From Oopsacas minuta (taxonomy: Eukaryota > Animalia > Porifera): 64,000 nucleotides of DNA. The position numbers and the translations under genes were made by a program. Shown one piece after another: positions 57,330 through 64,000 of this stretch. Numbering within the stretch: the first letter of the stretch is position 1; each line of letters opens with the position of its first letter. The notes below the pieces were generated by a model. That model saw nothing but the letters and a program-made list of their open reading frames with translations, had not been told where the DNA came from and did no database searches. The stretch spans positions 992,001-1,056,000 of the forward strand of contig JAKMXF010000365.1 in the NCBI GenBank assembly GCA_024704765.1, read 5' to 3'.

Positions 57330-59823
57330 TTATACTTTATTGTAAAAGATAATTGCTTCCTTATTAGGCGTGAAGTCGAATTCAATGTAATACTTATAGA
57401 AGAATGAAACTCCAAAAATAAAGTCTGGTGAATTCATTCCTAACGGATTGAGATAGATTGTTGAGTAACACTCTTTTCCTAACAGAATGATATAATATTC
57501 TGGTTCCAAAGTAATCCTTTGTATACCAAACATTATTTCAATAGTTGGAGCGATACTTCTTGATTTACATGGTACCCTATTTTCACTATCAGGATCTAAA
57601 TAGAATTACAATTTCAAACAAACATACAGTTATTAATCCTGAATCGCACGAATAGTATAATTTCGCAGTTCAGAAATATAAGATCTGAGTGTATTGTGGG
57701 AAGTGGTGAAAACAGAAGAAATCCATTTATGAATTTCTATCCTTGAGATTCATATATAAAGATCAGCTGAATTATACTAATTTTTGAACCAAATGGATGG
57801 GTATAAGCTACCAATCAAACAGTACAGTGGTTATACTTATGGCAAATAAGAACACCTTTGAAACTTGGAAGTAGCAACATATGTTCTTATAAGCGAAACC
57901 AACTGTACAACTTTCTATTCCAATTCAACTTACGAATAATAGCGTTTATTTCATCCACCAATGCTTTAGGTGAGTAAACTGCAGGTGCCCCTGAATCAAC
58001 TTCTACTGTGCATGGGCCTATTCCATTCATGCAGAACACATCACCGTTTACACTAATACTTGTCATCTTGATTATAGTTAGACCACCTGGTAACATATCG
58101 ACCGAAACAGCGCTATTGGGCTTTATAACTTTATCCATGCGACCGCCGAATGTAATCTCTCCTCCAACCTTCTTATTTGGTCCTGGTTGCAGATAAAGTG
58201 AGTACACTGGGCGCGTAATAAGATTCTGTTGAATCATGAAGTAGATCGCTGAAGGATGAGGATCTTTTATACCCATGTTTAAACCTATATACAGGATATA
58301 TATATATGATGATAAATTCTTATCAGAGTTGCATCCGCGGGCCTTAATGTCTGCAGTTAGGAGTGAACCTACCCCGCAAAAGTCCAACTAAATACAAAAT
58401 ATGCGAAAAATTATCATAATCATATCTTGAACTAGCTAGTTAATATACACATAACCTCCCTATAAGAAATACACTGAAGAGCAAACAGTACTTAACTTAC
58501 CTATTACACCATCGTTGCCATTTTGAGCTCTAGAAAGGTCAGAAGCTGCTCCAAACTGCATGTCATGTACAGTAATTACATCTGTTATATGAACTTCATC
58601 GTGTACTAAATCACCTGATACATGCTCACCAAAATAGTCTATTTTGAAGCTTTTGTATTTCTGTTTTATATTTACAACGTATTTTGGATGTCCCGCACAA
58701 TTTGGATTTTTACTATCCAAGCACTTATCTCCGAATACCCAAAATAGATCAGATCCTGTGTCTAACTGCACCTAAGTATGTATAACTATTGTTAATATTC
58801 ATTTAAGAATTCTTAAGATCGAAAATTTGATACAAGTGTAAATCTCAAATCACCATCTGTGCCAGACTTAAATTTACCAAATTAATTTTCGTGGATTATT
58901 GGAATTATACTATTCTACTAAATATCCATTTTAGCAAAGAAAGATAAAAATAGAATTTTAATAATCTTGTTAGACATTTAAAAATGTTAAAATCGAATTT
59001 TACGTCCCTGTTTACCTCTATTTAACAAGTGGAAGCTAATCTTTAGGATAAATTTTGAAATCTTCACCAAAGTTGTGAAATATGATTAATCATATGATAA
59101 ATCAGTGTATATAGTATATTTAATGGGATGTATTGACCAATAGAATTGCAGTCTACGGTAAATACAAATACATTACAGTGCTAATTAAATTACAAACACT
59201 CCACCAGTACTAATTTTATGCATTATGGCTAATTATAAAAGCCTACAATCTGATTGGGCTAAAATACAGAGGTGTCAAAAGGTGTGAAAATATACACATT
59301 AGAAAATTTCAAATGGCAGGCCCACAACTAGATGTCACTACGAGTATACATGCCAAATTTGGCGTCTTAATCTCAAAAGGTGTGAACAGCAGAGCGAAAA
59401 CACTTTGTTGATTATAAATTGGTGTATTTCTAATGTATACTTTTTGTGGCATTCTTAAAGTATCATTGTTTCGAAATGAAGCTATAATAACTGAATACAG
59501 TAAATACATCTACTGAATTGTTGTAGAAATACCTTACATGCAATTCTAATGTAACTCACATTGAATATTTGTTTGGCGATTACTACTTGCATCAAATACG
59601 CCAGTCCATCTTGTATTCTTTGAGCATGAGCATCATCAACAATCGCTAAGTCTACTTCACACTTGCTCTGATTAGACATCAATTTACAGTCCCAATCTCG
59701 GGGATGGATTACTTCTAAAGGCACAGAGAATTGTTTGGAATTCTCTTCTACTCCTGGTTTTGAGGCCACGTATCCCAGGGATAACGTCACCATGATACAG
59801 AGTAAGCACACACAAGTATACAT
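57330..59823 (-). CDS. Secreted pepsin-family (A1) aspartic protease, 4 exons (59823-59560, 58771-58501, 58284-57934, 57595-57330)
   Basis: Phase-consistent GT-AG splicing gives a signal peptide, VQLDTGSDLFWV, flap FKIDYFG, DGVIG|LNMG, VYSLYL...GGEITFGG, VDSGAPAV and FIFGVSFFYKYYIEFD. Both catalytic Asp residues are present. Confidence 0.88.
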
Positions 59824-62489
59824 CTTATTGAATTCTTTTTCTACTTCTGAGTGATAGTTACACAAATTTTTCCTCGTATTTATCACTCATCCGAAGAATA
59901 GATTTGAAAGTGTTTTGGTTAGAGGTTTGAGTCCATTGATGCAATGAATAGACAATTTGAAAAGTGGTCTCTTGAATAGAAATTTTCATTTTTGCAGGAA
60001 AATTCTCGCATCTTTAGATCATATTTGAACCATTTATGTGATTTTTGTAATTCTAAAACTTGATTTGGCGTCTCTTTATTACATTCCACAATTTCTATTT
60101 ACATAGAAATCTCACTTATAATCTAATGTTTAAACTAAATCATGAGCGTAGAATTTTAATTGTTCAAAGAAAAAGTCGCAGTGAGCACATAATTCTCTTT
60201 TCATCTCATAGATAATTCATCGAGAATAATATTTCTCACATTATGTAAACTTAAGCAGTCAGTGATAATCCAATAATTTGAACCTCTAGATTTTGGAATA
60301 TCGGATCCAAAAAGCGAACATTTCTACAAATAAAGATATGGCCATTATACAACAGTTACATTATGGAGCCATTCTAACGTTCCGAAATGCTACATTCCCT
60401 AAATTCATTACATAGCAGATACACTACATAACTATAATACTACTTATAAGTGAGAGATTTCATGTCGTTCGATAGGTCACTCGAATATGTTTGGGGTTAT
60501 TTTCCCTAGCTACACAAGAATGTAGCAACATTCCATTCTCAAACTTTAACCCTATCGAGTGACCCTTTGTTCAACACCGCTACTAACTGAGTCTAGTTAT
60601 GTACATATGGACTTTTATGATTTTACCGGCTCGACCATCGTGGTCAATTTTCTTGATATAATTTACATATTTTACATGATTACACAATGTTATCTTCTGT
60701 TTTCTAATAGTACGTAGCTATGAATAGATTCATTTCCCATATGTTGTAGATCTTATAGCTGTGTATTATTACAATACAGACGCTAACCTTGTGTGTCCAT
60801 GAAAAATATTTAAGAATAATCAAGAAATTTGAGAGACAGTGAGGTCGATCTAGTAAAATCGTGATAAAAGATCAATTAGAGTGATTATATGTTCGTAACT
60901 ACAATCAACACGCCTGGCGGCGTCAAATGGGTGTCATTCAATATGTTTTGATAAATTTTGAGAATGCAATGTTGTCACATACCTGAGGATTTCTTGCGTT
61001 GCTAGGGTAATAATACCTCCAATATGATCAAGTAACCACTTGGACGACGAAAACTTTACGCTGATTACGAATATCGATATATAAATTGGATTCACTTCAA
61101 ATTGTGTACGTTTGCTGCATTTTAGCCTATTGGAAATGAAAATGCTATGTTTTGTGGTCACAATTTTGGATTAAGAAATTGGTAACATTTGTGTTTGGCG
61201 TCGTTAGGGTTAGGTCATAAGCCATCCAAAAATATGTAGTGTAAAAATCCCCAACGAAATTACAGTAATAACCTGACTATAAGCGATATCCACTGTACTG
61301 ATATTCGATTGAACTCGAATATTGAAATATTCAGTCCCAAGTTCCAACCCTGTTCATAAGTTATCCCGGATTAGAAAATGTAATTGTTAATCCCGATTTG
61401 CCTGGATTGTAAGCCCTAAGCACAACAACAGTCAGGAAAAAGGAATGCAAGATAAACGATAGCTGCTATCCAATTCAGTTGTGCGTCTAGACAAGCTTCC
61501 TGATACACGTTACGTTACCATTCAGACCATGAGGCCAGAAAGGAACATCGAATAACACTGTTATATCCCTTGAGTGTGAGCAGTGTCTTGCCTAAACCCT
61601 CAGGACTATGAAGGGCCTACAAAAGGATTAAGAACAACGGAACATCGTTAACTAGATAATTAGTTAGAACAGTGTAGCTAAACGCGTCAAATATATTGGA
61701 TAGGATACCCAAGTAGTTGACTAGCACCCTATACAATTACATTGTATATTTTGACTCTCCGTTGTCTGTTTAACGGTATTTCCATAGTGTTATGTGTATT
61801 GTATATGATCCGAAGATCTCAATTCCTTCCGTCAATATATAGTACAGGAAGTGGAGCAGTATAAATATGTCTGGCAGGATTCTTATTATGTTCCTAGCAC
61901 CTTGTGTGTAAGTTATCTAGGTATAACTGCACTAGAATATTGTATCAAACTGTAGGAAAGTGGAGGATAAATAGAAGGTATGTGAATGGATGCAATGCTA
62001 GGAATTTGTATCCAAAACTTTCATTTCTCATCAACTAAAGTAGTTTCCGAATTGTACCATCAATTTCTCAGTGCTGTAATTTCTTTAGGGAATACATGCT
62101 GCCGAATCACAATAAAAATAAGAGTCCAGTTCGATCTTTCAGACCAACGCCACTAGAAAAACAAGAGAAGAAGTGTTTGAAATCGGTCCGGACGGGGGAC
62201 AAAATTTGGGACCAGCGGGGATGAGAAACAAGTATATTACTTTACATGGCCTTATCTAAATATCCTACAATAAGTTATGTCAGTTATGTTGAATACAAAT
62301 AGAAATAATTACGCAATCAGGTAATTTATTATATTTTCTTGTCCTTAATTAATACTAATCATACACAATTAATACAAGCATTTATGAATTTAAGGATTGT
62401 TGTAATTTTTCAAGGTAGATGAAACAAATAATTAAAGATTGTACTGAGTAGACCTGACATAAATAACAAAGGAAAAGAGGCCTCGTTAA

Positions 62490-62765
62490 TCTTTATTATT
62501 ACCTCTCAATTGTTGTTTGCTTGTCCGTTGTCAAGGAAAGGATTTACGGTATGCAATTTTGAAATTGTCACATAACTATGTATTTATCGTGTTTATCAAA
62601 GAACTAAATAGAATTGAATGAAACTTCACTAAATATATTGAACATGCTGAATCCGATTTTCACATTTGTGGATTAATCATATGTAAATTTATCGTTGTTT
62701 TATGAATATAAAGTAAACAAATTATTCAAATCTCAAAATATACGTACAGACTTGCTCTCAACAGA
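62490..62765 (+). mobile_element. Family-B Helitron-like element, 5' part
   Basis: A|TCTTTATTATT start. The body is the close reverse complement of 44520-44760 (GTTGTCAAGGAAAGGATTTACGGTATGCAATTTTGAAATTGTC...). Confidence 0.65.
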
Positions 62766-63037
62766 AATATATGAGTAATCAAGTACACTGAATATGAATA
62801 TGATATTTTCAACTACTTATTGAGAATATTTGTTGTTTTATAGATGTATAAAGTAAGCAATTTTCTTTTGGGAGGTATATTTGTGTAACATACTATTATA
62901 AATATTGTCATATTACATAAATCTAATTCAGTGTATAAATGTATGCATTACAATTAGAAATTTATCCAAGCTAATATTGAGAAATCAAAATAGCAATTTT
63001 GCATTAGAACTTTAGATTTGATATAATTATAATTGTA

Positions 63038-63430
63038 TTAGCATTGATTTGAATAGAATAATTCTCTTCTGTACCATTCAATCTCTTTGAAAAGTTGAAT
63101 TTTCAGATTCAGCAAGTCTTTCCTTTCAATTCTTAACAATTCTAATTCTATATTATCATATTCTTTGTCACAACGGAGCTTTGTTGCATATTTTTGGGAA
63201 GATATTCTGTCTTTTATTCTCTTTCTTAACAATCTAATCGCACTCTCTCCTCTCTTATCTAATACATCTACTCTCTTACCTTCTTCTATTAAACTGTTTA
63301 ACCTTTTCCTATCAATTTCCCTTACTAATTTATCATTAAGATAAAACTGTATGTTCTCATTAGAAATATAGTCCTTTGTTAGTGTAGGGTTGAGAATCTC
63401 TTGGAATATCTTTTCTATTGAATTTTCCAT
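63038..63430 (-). CDS. Divergent CNC/Maf-like bZIP protein (130 aa)
   Basis: EHR-like LVREIDRKRLNSLI, basic-region-like AIRLLRKRIKDRISSQKY and a heptad zipper L-x6-L-x6-L-x6-Y (LLRIERKDLLNLKIQLFKEIEWY). Intronless. Confidence 0.65.
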   Translation of the reverse strand: MENSIEKIFQEILNPTLTKDYISNENIQFYLNDKLVREIDRKRLNSLIEEGKRVDVLDKRGESAIRLLRKRIKDRISSQKYATKLRCDKEYDNIELELLRIERKDLLNLKIQLFKEIEWYRRELFYSNQC

Positions 63431-64000
63431 TATATTTACGTATTTAATATTTTACTTTAGAACTCAGAATATTTATAGAAATCTCGTTCATTAAAAATTT
63501 GAAGTCTAAGAACATTATTATCAGTAGCTTGGAAAATTGTCAAAGATGTACTTTCTCTTATAATTCGAATATTCACTTAGATAATCTTACTAGTGAAGTA
63601 TTAAAATAGGAACAATTAGACAGAGCTCTTTTACATTGGAATTACTTTATTTACAAGTCTTGAATAAATCCTTGTGTCTCCTAAGGGTTTTAGAAATATT
63701 GACATTAACGTATCACCATAATCTACAATTAATACATGCGATTCTTTGTTGTGAAATTCGATATATCAAGCCAAAATTTAAAGTCTAGCAAAACAATAGT
63801 TCAACTAATTAATCAAACTACAATTCAAGGATACTTAGATACATTCTTAGCAATAACCAACATGTTTCACAGGCAGCAATGAAACAATTCCATAAATCGT
63901 ATTTTACAATTAAAGAGCTTTTAGCTTGTCGCTTTGCGCCTTCAGGTTACTCTATTATTTACACGAGTCTTTGGCTCGTCGCTTCGCGATGAACTCGGCA

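Noticed and set aside
56671-61149. Aspartic protease captured in a Pack-type element between inverted family-C repeats
   Set aside because: A third copy in direct orientation lies between them (~60480), the copies are diverged, no TSD was seen, and the gene retains normal introns. This is consistent with independent dispersed insertions.
61440-61640. Possible piggyBac C-terminal cysteine-rich remnant (…LECEQCLA*)
   Set aside because: It is only a single CxxC with no supporting transposase motifs or termini.
1-64000. CRISPR arrays, prokaryotic operons or defence systems, rRNA and tRNA genes
   Set aside because: There are no regularly spaced direct repeats with unique spacers, and the genes are eukaryotic with GT-AG introns. 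The GTTCGA hits I checked lacked cloverleaf context. This was by eye; tRNAscan-SE or Infernal would be definitive.

Overview
This is AT-rich, intron-poor eukaryotic (metazoan) nuclear DNA. It is not prokaryotic: there are no CRISPR arrays or bacterial operons, and I found no rRNA or tRNA. The compact genes, the stand-alone NHL propeller and the short GT-AG introns fit a glass sponge such as Oopsacas minuta; this is an inference from style, not a database match. Host genes: a LigB/MEMO-fold protein missed by the ORF track (runs off the left edge), two intact START-domain paralogues plus a truncated third copy, SNX1/2, a 4-exon NEIL1, a SID-1/SIDT transmembrane protein, a 3-exon protein with a SYD-1-like PDZ domain, a PH-like + tyrosine kinase protein, a membrane-anchored DUF4419 protein, SWI5, an NHL-repeat protein, a METTL7-like methyltransferase, TMTC1, ZGPAT, a 4-exon pepsin-family protease and two divergent Maf/CNC-like bZIPs. 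Intergenic DNA is dense with DNA-transposon relics: a disrupted hAT with intact ends and TSD, a disrupted FLYWCH-MULE, Helitron/DINE-1-like elements and many MITEs. The most unusual observations are: two roughly 1-kb near-perfect palindromes; an inverted, patchwork-homogenised START gene cluster; acceptor-like YAG motifs just before many start codons together with an 8-gene same-strand run (possible trans-splicing or polycistronic transcription); a possible PDZ-PH-kinase architecture; and bZIPs lacking invariant DNA-contact residues. I cannot establish a new biological system from sequence alone; these are testable candidates.
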